Shown: positions 52,210 through 64,000 of the stretch, piece by piece | How the letters are laid out: every line of letters starts with the position of its first letter | How positions within the stretch are numbered: position 1 is the first letter of the stretch | Assembly: GCA_001662655.1 (NCBI GenBank) | Contig: KV460256.1 | DNA from: Pseudogymnoascus verrucosus | Taxonomy: Eukaryota | DNA length: 64,000 nt | Strand: one strand, 5' to 3' | The notes under the pieces: generated by a model | What the model saw: the letters and a program-made list of their open reading frames with translations, nothing else | Told to the model about the DNA's origin: nothing | The model's database searches: none | Program-made: the position numbers and the translations under genes

Positions 52210-52601
52210 CTTTACGAAATTGTTGTGTGAGATTTTCGAAAGTTGCTAATCCAACACTTCCCATATCCAAAACTTCCCACTACACGAGTATATTTTCGTA
52301 AAGGACCCCACAAAAAATGGACGTCAATCGGTCACATGTTTTTCCGATAGCGGGGGACACTAGACCCGATGGAGTATTTGCCTTGGCATACTGCGCCCAT
52401 TGAATGGAACAGGACAGAAGCGGGAGTGGGAGAGTGATATACTCCTGACTTCATCGATATTGGGTTTCTTTGTTCCAATTACAACTTTTCGCACGCAAGC
52501 CTGACTGCTGTTTGATTCACATTTGTACATATTTTTTATTCCCCCACACCGCCACGAAACAGCGCAGCTCCTCGAGCCAGACAGCAAGAGAAACCGCCAA
52601 G

Positions 52602-53536
<935 letters not shown>

Positions 53537-53792
53537 ACGATGGAGACGGAAATGGAGACGGAAATGGAGACAGAGATGGAGATGGAGGTGGTAGAAGTGT
53601 GGACCTTGGACCTCGTCGATGTGGCTGTATTTGACATTAATGCATTATGTGGCCGTGGGAGATCTTGAGCATAGCGGTTTTGGCGAGCCTTGTATGATAG
53701 TATGATAGCATTGAAGATACACCCTGGCTTGAGCAGAGAATAGTTTGTTAATTTGTAGTACTGGTATATAATATACTGTATGAGACTCCAAG

Positions 53793-54270
53793 TGACTCAA
53801 GTGTTCGTAGGCCAAGTGGGAGGAGCCAAGTGGAGGCCAAGTGCAGGCCAAGTAGTGATGATAAGGGTAGAGTAGAGTAAAGTAAAGTAAAGCCCCTATG
53901 ATTATCTGTATTGCCGTATTATCGTACTCGTATTCTACTGCATGTGTATAGTGGCTAGTAATCAGATGGCATCATCAGTGTGATTTTGGTGATTTTGATC
54001 ATTTTGATCATTTTGTCAGCATAGTCCCTTCGAGGCCCTTTAATACAAACGTTCTAGAACAGAGAGTGACACATACATACGCCGACAAACACACATATAG
54101 TACATCCTCGGAGCACTACTCCGTTCTCCGATGATAGTGCTACAGTGTTGTAACTGCTAACTGGCACTATCTGCACGTGATCACAGCCTCTGATGACAAA
54201 GACTCATTGGCAATTCCTCTTCCCTGATTGCTCCCCGTTGCTCCCGCCCATACATCCTGTGCACGTGACC
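53793..54270 (+). promoter_or_regulatory. Putative regulatory region upstream of sulfite reductase
   Basis: TGACTCA at 53793, GCCAAG x4 at 53811-53852, ATGGCATCAT at 53966 and CACGTGA near 54174 and 54262. These are motif matches only. Confidence 0.45.
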
Positions 54271-54657
54271 TCAAAGAAGGAAAAAATGCTGTCAGTCATG
54301 GTCGAGCACGCAATCGATCAAATTGCCGTCCAGCCAATCACAGTTCGCCTATTCCTCCACAATACCCTGGCAGCCCAGCTATTCCACCAATTCCACCAAA
54401 AGCCGGTGGTACTTCTGGGTCGCATACAATTTAGCGGTGATGTACAAGTCCCTTTACACCCCACACTCCAAAATACCCTCCGGTTATCGCGCCCATAGGT
54501 CCAGACAGGTAAGAGTGAATTGAATTGATTGCTCCTAGCTGCTCTGTAGTCGGAGTACTCCAGGACGGCTCCCAAATAAAAAATGTCTTTCCTCTTCAAA
54601 ACCACTCCCTCCTCTCCTCTTTCCCAACGGAGGAAAGCCACAGATAACAAAGGCAAT

Positions 54658-57600
54658 ATGGCTGCTCCGCTGTCATTACGCACGCCTGAAGAGGCCGGTA
54701 TGTTTGCTTCCGTCATTTCTCACTTCCGACGACGACGTCCGCTTTGTCCCATGCCCCGCCACATTCCTGGGGCAGAGGCGGCGCCGTTGCGGGATTGAGG
54801 GGATGCTATGAGTATGGGCTGACATTTTTGGGCAGTTGCGCGCATTGCATACCTCTCCAGTGACGTTATTGTCTCCGTCCAGCCAGCACAGGGCGTCCAG
54901 TCGGGCTTCTCGACACACCTACAAACTTATGCCGACAACAAGGACCAAGGTGTTGTCGCGGCATCCGAGAGCCGCATCCCAGAAGTGAGATAGCCCTGAA
55001 AGCATATCCCTTGCATGAGATGAGCCTAGTCCTGACGTGCATACAGATTCAAACCGTGAGACAGAATGCCGACCCTCTGCTCTCTGTTTTCGCCCCAATC
55101 CGCTCCGGAAAACTCACCTCCGTCACAACCACCTCCTCCATACTCGTCTCCTCTGTACCATACCTCTACAAGCTTGCCAACTACCCAGTTGTCATCCATG
55201 TTGCCCTACAGCCCGCTTCCCACCCCGATTACTCCTCCATCACCTCCATCAGAAACTCGGGCTTCACATTCCTCCAATCCGCATCGCTCCAGGAGGCGCA
55301 AGATATTGCATTGACTGCCCACGCTCTTGCTATCAAGTCTGGCAAGGGTGTCATCCATTTCTTTGATGCTCTCGCATCAGAGAATGATGATGCTGTCACT
55401 GCCGAGGATGCATCTGTTGTGGAGCAAGTCTTGGACTTGGCCGCCGTCCGTGCCTTCCAAGGAAGCAACGTTGGTGGAACCTCAGTATATGCCGACGATG
55501 GCAAGATCGCCAGAGTTAGCGAGGCTCCAGTTGAGCCATTAGATACCGCTGGAGCTCCTGTCCAGAAACAGCTGGCACCTCCTGCCGAGGCAGCAGCAAC
55601 TCCCTCGAAGGCATCTTCCGTTGGATCAACCAAGTCGAGGCAGAGCAGCGTGGACAGCCGACCAAGTGTTTCGTCGGCAACAACAGTTGATGCATCTGTC
55701 AAGCGCACCTCGTCGCAAGACATCTACGACATCGTCACCGCCATCTGGTCGCAAATCAAGGACGCCACTGGCCGCGAGTACACCCCTTTCCAATACACTG
55801 GCCCAGCAAATGCCGAGACCGCAATCTTCATCTTCGGATCGGATGCAGGCATTTTCGCCGAGTCCATCGATTCGGCTAAGTCCGACGAGATTTACGCAAA
55901 GGCAGGAATTGTTACCGCGCGCCTCTACAGGCCGTGGCTTGGCGCGAAGTTGGTGGAGGTTGTCCCCAAGAGCGTCAAGCGTCTTGCAGTCCTTGAGCAA
56001 ATCCGCAAGAAGACTACAAAGTGGGGTCCTATCTTCCTTGATATTCTCACCACCCTGAAGAGCGGACCAGGTGAAGGCGCCAAGACCATTGTTGGCCATC
56101 AACTGGGACACATCACCCCGGATACCGTTTCCCAGGCACTCCGCGGCATCTTCCAGAACCTTACCTCCGAGGCCCCAATCCAAAACCTCGAGGTTGGCAC
56201 CACCGAGGAGCAAGCTGACTTCGCGGAGGAGCAAGAGCTCGAGCAACCAGCAGTTGAGACTGCCTATATGAAAATCTTGAACCAGGTTTTCGGCCAGAAA
56301 CTCCATGTCGCCAATGCTTTGGGATCGAACAACGCTGGTGTTTCTGAGACCATTGCCGCAAACCCAGAGTTCGGGTTCGGATCTCTCCTCGCCCGCCATG
56401 AGCACCGCCAACGCTTCATAACTGAGGTTTCCGACGCTGCAGTCTCCAAGGAGTTCATCACTGAAGCCCCTAAGAAGTTCCTATCCAAGTGGGCTCTGGG
56501 CGCTGATGATGAGAAGTTGACCACTGAGATCACGCCAGAAATCATTTCTCGTTTGGAGACTGATGGATCCCCATTAGCGACCAAACTCCTTTCCAACAAG
56601 TCTCTGTTCCGCAAGGAGTCCTCTTGGTTGGTTGGATCCGATGCATGGGCTTATGATTTGGGTAACTCTGGTGTCCACCACGTCATTGCCTCTGGCAAGA
56701 ATGTGAACATGCTCATCATTGACTCCACCCCATACTCCGAGCGCGCAGCGGCAGATGCCACGCGCCGCAAGAAGGACATTGGGCTTTACGCCATGAACTT
56801 CGGCAATGCTTACGTTGCCTCTGTTGCGGTTTACAGCTCGTACACCCAGGTCTTGCAGGCCATGATTGAAGCAGACAAGTTCGATGGCCCATCCGTTGTC
56901 ATGGCTTACCTGCCATACCACAAGGAGAGTGATTCTCCGTTGACCGTTCTCCAAGAGACCAAGAAGGCTGTCGATCTCGGCTACTGGCCACTCTACAGGT
57001 GGGACCCGACGGCTGAGGATCGCAACGAGCCAAACTTCTCTTTGGATTCCGAGAGAATCAAGAATGAGCTCAAGGATTTCCTTGCACGCGATAACCACCT
57101 TACTCAGCTCATGAAGAGGCGCCCTGAGTTTGCCGCCAACATCTCTGAGGATTACGGCTCTGAAGTTCGTGAGGCCCAGAAGAGGAAGGCAAAGGATGCA
57201 TACAACGCTCTCCTGGAGGGCCTGTTCGGTGCTCCTCTGACGATCCTTTACGCTTCCGACAACGGCAATGCCACTACCCTTGCTAAGAGGTTGGGCAACC
57301 GCGGAAAGGCTCGTGGATTGAAGACCATGGTTATGAGCATGGGCGACTACCCAATTGAGGACCTCTCTGCAGAGGAGAACATTGTCTTCCTTACTTCCAC
57401 TGCCGGACAGGGAGAGTTCCCACAGGATGGTCATGCATTCTGGGGCGCTATCAAGGACAACACGGAGCTGGATCTCGCATCTGTTAACTTCTCCGTCTTT
57501 GCTCTTGGTGACAGCCACTACTGGCCAAGAAAAGAGGACAAGGTTTACTACAACAAGCCAGGAAAGGACCTGTTCAGAGTTATGGGAGACCTCGGCGCCA

Positions 57601-59517
57601 AGCCTCTCGCGGATATCGGCCTTGGAGATGACCAAGATCCCGATGGATTCCAGACTGGATATGCTCCTTGGGAGGCGCAACTCTGGCAAACTCTCGGCGT
57701 TGATAAGGTCGAGGGACTTGCTGATGAGCCGCCGCCAATCACCAATGAAGATATCAAGATCGAGTCAAACTTCCTTCGTGGTACCATTGCCGAGGGACTG
57801 AAAGATACCACCACCGGCGCTATCTCTGCATCCGACTCTCAGTTGACCAAGTTCCACGGAACTTACATGCAAGACGACCGTGATCTTCGTGACGAGCGCA
57901 AGGCTGCCGGTCTTGAGCCAGCCTACTCTTTCATGATCCGCTGCAGACTCCCATCCGGTGTTGCTACCCCAAGCCAATGGGTCCAGATGGATCAGCTCAG
58001 TTCCGATTTCGGAAACGAGACGATGAAGCTCACTACCCGCCAGACCTTCCAGTTCCACGGTGTCGTTAAGGGCAAGCTTAAGGGTGCCATGCGCGCTATT
58101 AACAAGGCTCTGATGACCAGTATTGCCGCCTGCGGTGATATCAACCGTAACCTTATGTGCAGCAGCTCTCCCGCTCACTCCGAGTACCACAAGGAGGTCC
58201 ACGAGTGCTCTGTCCGTATCGATCACCACCTTTTGCCATCCACTACCGCATACCACGAGATCTGGTTGAAGGATGAGGATGACAACAAGACTCAAATTGC
58301 TGGCAACGCTGTCCAGGACTTTGAGCCCCTTTACGGCCCTACCTACCTCCCCAGAAAGTTCAAGATTACCATCGCCACTCCTCCAAACAACGACACGGAC
58401 GTGTACGCCCACGATGTCGGTCTCATCGCCATCAAGGGTGAGGACGGACACCTCGCTGGTTTCAACGTGCTTGTCGGTGGTGGTATGGGTGTTACCCACA
58501 ACAACAAGAAGACCTACCCCCGCACCGGCTCTATGATGGGATACTGCTCCAAGGAGGACGTCCACATTGTCTGCGAGAAGGTCATGCTCGTCCAGCGCGA
58601 CAACGGCGACCGCAAGAACCGCAAGCACGCCCGCCTAAAGTACACCGTTGACGACATGGGCGTCGATGTCTTCCGCTCCAAGGTCGAGGAGATCTGGGGC
58701 AAGAAGTTCGACGAGCAGCGCCCCTTCAAGTTCGTCTCCAATGTCGACACCTACGGCTGGATCAAGGACGAGCACGGACTCAACCACTTCACCTTCTTCA
58801 TCGAGAATGGCAGAATCGAAGACACCGCCGACTTCCCCATGCGCACTGGCCTTAGGGAGATCGCAAAGGTGCACAAGGGCGAGTTCAGGTTGACTGGTAA
58901 CCAGCACTTGATCATCTCCAACGTCAAGGACGAGGATAAGCCCAAGATCGTCGAGATGATGGTTAAGTACAAGTTGGACAACATCCAGTTCTCCGGCCTG
59001 CGCCTGTCCTCCTCCGCCTGTGTTGCGTTCCCAACCTGTGGCCTCGCCATGGCCGAGTCGGAGCGCTACCTCCCCGTCCTCATCTCCAAGCTCGAGCAGA
59101 CCCTCGAGGACAACGGACTCAAGCAGGAGAGCATCGTCATGCGTATGACTGGTTGCCCCAACGGATGCGCCAGGCCTTGGTTGGCTGAGGTCGCGTTCGT
59201 CGGTAAGGCGTACGGCGCGTACAACATGTACCTTGGTGGTGGATACCACGGCCAGCGCCTGAACAAGCTGTATCGCTCCTCTATTAAGGAGGATGAGATC
59301 TTGGCTATTATGATCCCGCTCATCAAGCGTTACGCGCAGGAGAGAGAGGAGGGCGAGAGGTTCGGTGACTTCGTCATACGTGTTGGTGTTATTAAGGCGA
59401 CGACGGAGGGAAAGACTTTCCATGATGATGTAAGTTGATTTGAGTTCCTGCTTTGTCGATGAATTGTCGCTAATATAATAATTACAGGTCGCGGAAGAGG
59501 AGTCGGATGAGGAGTAG
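54658..59517 (+). CDS. MET5: Sulfite reductase beta (hemoprotein) subunit
   Basis: PFOR-like N-terminal region, flavodoxin (YASDNGNA, TSTAGQG, LGDSHY), SNFLRGTI, LTTRQTFQFHG, YLPRKFKI and siroheme/4Fe-4S ligands CVAFPTCGLA and GCPNGC. Introns at both ends. Confidence 0.96.
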
Positions 59518-60367
59518 AGTAATCACGATTTTGATGCGAGGGAAAAGGGAGGGGTCATTCAACTGAGCGAAGGGATGGGGGAACAGATTACATAGTTTGG
59601 GGGAGGAAGGGTTGGTTGTATTAGCATTTTTTACTCGCGCCGCCATATGCGGACCAATCTGGAATTTTGTATATAAGACAATGGCATTTAAATATCTCAA
59701 ATTTGCTACGAGGTTTTCGGGAGACAAGTGAACTATGCTATATTGGTCGTTTGAGGAAGGAGTCAAGGGCTCTCCTATGGCATGAACCATACGATTTCAC
59801 GGTGGGACCAAATTTCAAAACGTAGTCAAATAATCCAACCAATATAAAAAAACATCACAGTTGATATCTGAATTTGAAGGCTGTATTTATCTCTCAGTTC
59901 TTATCAAAGTAGCTACTGCATCTCGCCCACATCCAGCGTCCAGCTCGATGGCAGACATGACCTGACAGCCAGCATCTGTCAAAATAGACCAGGCCAGCCC
60001 ATTCATTAGTGCCCCCCCAATGCTGTCGCGGGAATTTCAGATTCGCTCCCTATCCGAATACACATGCCATTTCCGCCCTTCTCGAAAGAGACCAGAAAAA
60101 AAACACAGCTCCGACCCTGGAGCAAAAACCGCATGCAATAAGAACTGGAGATGAAATGCTTATGTACACGCATAGAATAGCGGCTCCCCCCAAATTACAT
60201 GCATATCCGTAGTGGGAAACCGTGTCGTAGTGAGAGAGGTAAAGTACAAGTTTGGAGGGTTTGTTGGAAAAAATTATAGGTTGGTTAGGACGGAAACAAG
60301 TTCTCAAAATATAGTTTGCGTCGATTGGCTGGAAAAATTTAGCCTGGGTTTAGTGGCGCGTTTGAAG

Positions 60368-63300
60368 TCAAACATTGATGGCGTTGGGAGGTGTTGTAGT
60401 AGAGCGATGAGCCCAGTTATTTCCGAGTCCGCCCCTTCCACGCCCCCTGTTCGGGGTTGATGTCCCTTGGGTTGTGGACGGAGACCCTTGTTCCGTAGAA
60501 GCTGCTGGGAAGGTACTCGAGGTGTCGCGCGACCTTCCGCCACGGTTATGAGGAGAGGGCCCGTGTCGCTGGGAATTCCCCCGACCTTGGCCGGACCGTC
60601 TTGGATTACTCTTCTGGCGAGGTTCCGATTTATGTGCGATAGTGACGCGCTTATTTGCCTCCATTCCAGGCAGTAGAATCAAGACAATTTCGCCCTCATT
60701 ATTGAGTTGAGGCGAAAAGTTCAGGCTATTGGCGCTGGTGACGTCCGAAACGACAAACTTGCGAGGAAGCGGCTTTACTTGGGGCGCTGCGAGGAAGAAG
60801 GCAGCATCTGGAGCTTTGTTGGGTACCTTCACAGTAGGAACGTAACCCATTTCCTGTTCCTCAAAGCACTCTTCGGCCATTGGCTTAGTCTCGTACATAT
60901 TATATTCGTCCAAAGCGGCAGGGATCCCCGGAAGAGACACCGTAGCAGCAGGAATTTGACTGATTGATTGGTCCAGCGCATGTTTACTCGAAGAATCGAC
61001 GGCCAAAGCGTGAGATTTAGGAGGTGAGGTTCGGCGCCCCATAAGCGAATTGATCTTATCTTGCCAACCTCCAGCGGCAGGAGATTGCGATTTTTGGTTC
61101 GCTGTTTGGGTATTTATGGCTTGAGACCTCGGAAGCAATGGTGAGGTTGAGATGGGTCCAGTTGGGCCTGCTGCGGCCGCGGCTGCGGCAAATGATGCTG
61201 GCTTCGGGGGTGCAATTGGTGCTAAGACGGGTGCTGGAGGCAGCTTAACTACCGGCGGTGGACGTGGTAGAGAGACATGAGGGCGAGCGACATCTCCATC
61301 ATATGCCGGATGCCCTGCCATTGTTGGGGGTGGGGGTGATGGAGAACCTGGGCGCGCATATTGTCGCTCTTCAGCCATTGCATCTCTCGGCAACTCCCGA
61401 ACTTGAGGAAAGAATCGCGAGCCACGAGAAGGCGGGAGGGCACCAGAGGTAGAGGTAGAGGGTGTCTCATTTGCATGACCTTGAGGCCAGAGAGCCCCCT
61501 GTTCCATAGGTTGGTATTGAGATGTTTCGTCGTGTCTCGGCCTAACAGAGTAATCCGACCATGTTGGTGGGCCGCTGGGCGAAGCACCAGGGACGATTGG
61601 ATGTGAAGGGATATTTGCCTCTTGACGTTGTCCGTCGCTTGATAACGTCACCTGCCGCCAAGTATCTTTAATTGGCGCCACTACGTCGTCAGATCGAGAC
61701 GCTTGCGCGATCTCTTGTTCTGCAAGAATACGGGCATCATCCTCCGCAAGTCTCGACTGGATGTTGCCACTGGTCCAACCGGAGGCCATTGCCGGTCGAT
61801 GTTCTTGATGTCTGGAAGGCGGCGCAATAGGGGCTGGTCGTTGAGCATAATGATCGCGGCCACGACCTTGAAATTGGCCATTTGTCCTACTGGAAGTCGG
61901 CGGGCCAATCGGCCCTGGGCCAACTGGTGCAATTTGAGAAGACTGGACAGATAATTCGGGATTAAAGGTACCGTTACCCAACGTGCGATCATTGCTTGGT
62001 GGTCCCCAGACGCTTCGTCCCTGAGCGGGATGTGACGCTGGGTTAGACCAAGGAGGGAAACCTCGATCTGGAGCCGCATTCTGACTACTATGCCAAGATT
62101 GGGGTTGGGTCGGCGGAACCTGCGCGTCAAGGCTACCACGGGATGAGACCTCTGGTATGATGCCGTTGATATTGACTTCATCGCCCGCCTTCTCTTTGCT
62201 TAGCGGCTCAACGATAGGTGCGGCGGCCGCTTTGACCGGCTCTGGTGGGTGTACTTTCATCATACCATATTGCTTAACTTCGCCTGTAGATTCGCCAATA
62301 GGTAATTTTGGTGGCACCGTAGACTTTGTGGCGGGTTCTCGAGCTTGAATCTGGATAGGAGTGGCTTTCTCGTCCTTTGGCGTATCCTTCTTTGGCTTCT
62401 TAGATTCTGGTGGCGGGCCCATTGCCTCCAACTTCAGTCGAATTCGCTCTTTTCGCTCAGCCTCTTCGCGAGCTTCTTCATCAAGTCTCCTTTTTCTCGC
62501 AAGCTCTCGGCTCTCTCGCATAATTTTCTTCTGTAGTTCCACTTCGTCTTCCAATGGGATTCCTGGAGTCGATGATACTGCGGGTTGGGCAAGAGCTGAC
62601 GCAGGCGAGGCATGGCTTACAACAGGCGAGGCACGTGATTGCCACTGCTGCTGCTGGTTTGCCCTTTGGCTAGGATGTCCAGACGGAGAGTGTAGGGGTT
62701 CGTCGCTGACTGCAACCAATGAACCACGGCGCGCCCCAAATGTGTCCTGTGGTGGGTAGCTTTCCTGGCCCCTACTAAGTCGCCTAGCATAATTTCCACT
62801 TCCACCACTAACATTAGATGACGCCCTACGACGGCCATACGATGGGTCTTGCAGATTTGCTCTGTGTGTTTGAAATGCGGCAGAAGGCTCAGCTGGGCCT
62901 TGAGTCTCTTGGTGTCTTTGCAGAAGAGCCAGTTGGCGTGGGTGGGGTTCATTTCGGCTTCCTCTACGTCCATCATTGACGGGCTCGTATCTCCCAGACT
63001 GTGAGTTGTACAACTCCTTGCTGGCGCCAGCGTTGCCATCTCTCCATGATCGGCTGAAGTCATCGGCGGCGATTTCTTTTGCCGGCGATGGCATACCGTC
63101 GAACCCATGAGGATCTCTAGTACCGAACCGCGGGACTTGTTGCGGTTGAGAAGGGATATCTGTAACAATCGGCGCAACTTTATCCATCGGGGGTAGAGGT
63201 GCCCAAGGCGACTTGGCGGGTACAGGGAGAGCTGGAGGTTTCGCGACAAGTGTTGGCTTCTCAGATGCTCCCTTAAGAACCAAGCCTCTTCCAGTCCCAC

Positions 63301-64000
63301 CAGCCATCGAGCCAAGTTTCATTGTCGACGCCACGGGTAGGGAAGGTGATGCTGTCTTTTCGACCTCATTAACAGCTATTGGGGTTGCTGGTTTAGGCAA
63401 TTCTGGAACAAGATCTTCTACCTGCTGCGGCATAGAAATTTTTGTCCCGTCCGACCATTCTATTGATTGTGGTGCCCAGTCATCATCATCATCGTCAATA
63501 TCTGCCCAATTTGCTTGCCTTCCAGGATCGTCCGATTGCAATCGGGTCGCGAGATGGATGCCATATTTCTGAGCCAGCTCTTCATCAGTAACCCTTTTCG
63601 GTTCTGGTATCGGTGCAGCTGTTCACGTTAGCTTCGTAGTCATTAGGGGGGAAGAGGAAGCACGTACGCCTATTCTTATTCCACACAGCACTTGCGTCCG
63701 GCGCCGCTCCAGATTTGCTGCCCGCGCCTGCTGCGGCTGTTCTCGAGGCCGATATCAAGTTATTGCCGGACTTTGCAACTAGCCGAGGTTTCGATACCAG
63801 AGTTGCTGATGCGGTTGCAGAGCTCGTGGTGGAGCTGATAGTCCCTTTATCTCCGGCCTTCGGTGGTGCTGGACCCGTAGCACCCTTCGCCGCCAGAAAA
63901 GTTTTATTGACTGATACGGCTTTGAATGATATCGGCTTCTTGACAGTCGAGGAAGTTCGTACATGGCCTTCGACCGTGCCTTTTGACTTTACCGCCTCGC
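60368..64000 (-). CDS. Large low-complexity conserved protein, candidate PRRC2/BAT2-like; the 5' end lies outside the window
   Basis: The 1057-aa ORF extends upstream through an intron at about 63619-63668 (..VWNKNR|..TDEELAQKYGIHLATRLQ). It is Pro/Ser/Gln/Arg-rich with one charged helix and RGG-like repeats. Confidence 0.8.

Noticed and set aside
53539..53590. ATGGAGACGGAA-type repeat after the YPT6 stop, plus (AGTAR)n near 53870 and (GATCATTTT)n near 53990
   Set aside because: These are ordinary short tandem repeats with no further structure.
55229..59423. Long minus-strand ORFs (261-371 aa) over MET5
   Set aside because: They are antisense shadows caused by strong codon bias and carry no motifs.

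Overview
This is eukaryotic, intron-containing DNA from a filamentous ascomycete. GT..AG introns carry CTRAC branch points, and my unverified guess from protein style is Leotiomycetes, Pseudogymnoascus-like. The window holds about 25 genes. The conserved set is PRP22, SEC1, GID8, a Ca-binding NDE1, NECAP, a SNF2-RING helicase, a PBR1-like SDR, a G-patch protein, URK1, KEI1, NOP53, YPT6/RAB6, MET5 and a large PRRC2-like protein. A GH5 mannanase lies between PRP22 and SEC1. A catabolic or accessory block at about 8-27 kb holds two carboxylesterases, a frameshifted GH106-like pseudogene, a Dal5-type MFS transporter, an IAH1 esterase and an M20 amidohydrolase. There are three DNA transposons, all with RIP-like stop codons: a complete pogo/Fot1 element, a truncated Tc1-like relic and a complete hAT element. 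The most interesting items missed by the ORF track are a spliced, secreted His/Asp/Lys-rich protein with five C-x8/9-C motifs, two C/D-box snoRNAs inside GID8 introns, a candidate fungal PRRC2/BAT2 homolog, and a 19-codon repeat running through the SNF2 stop codon. Exon boundaries were read by eye and no database searches were run.
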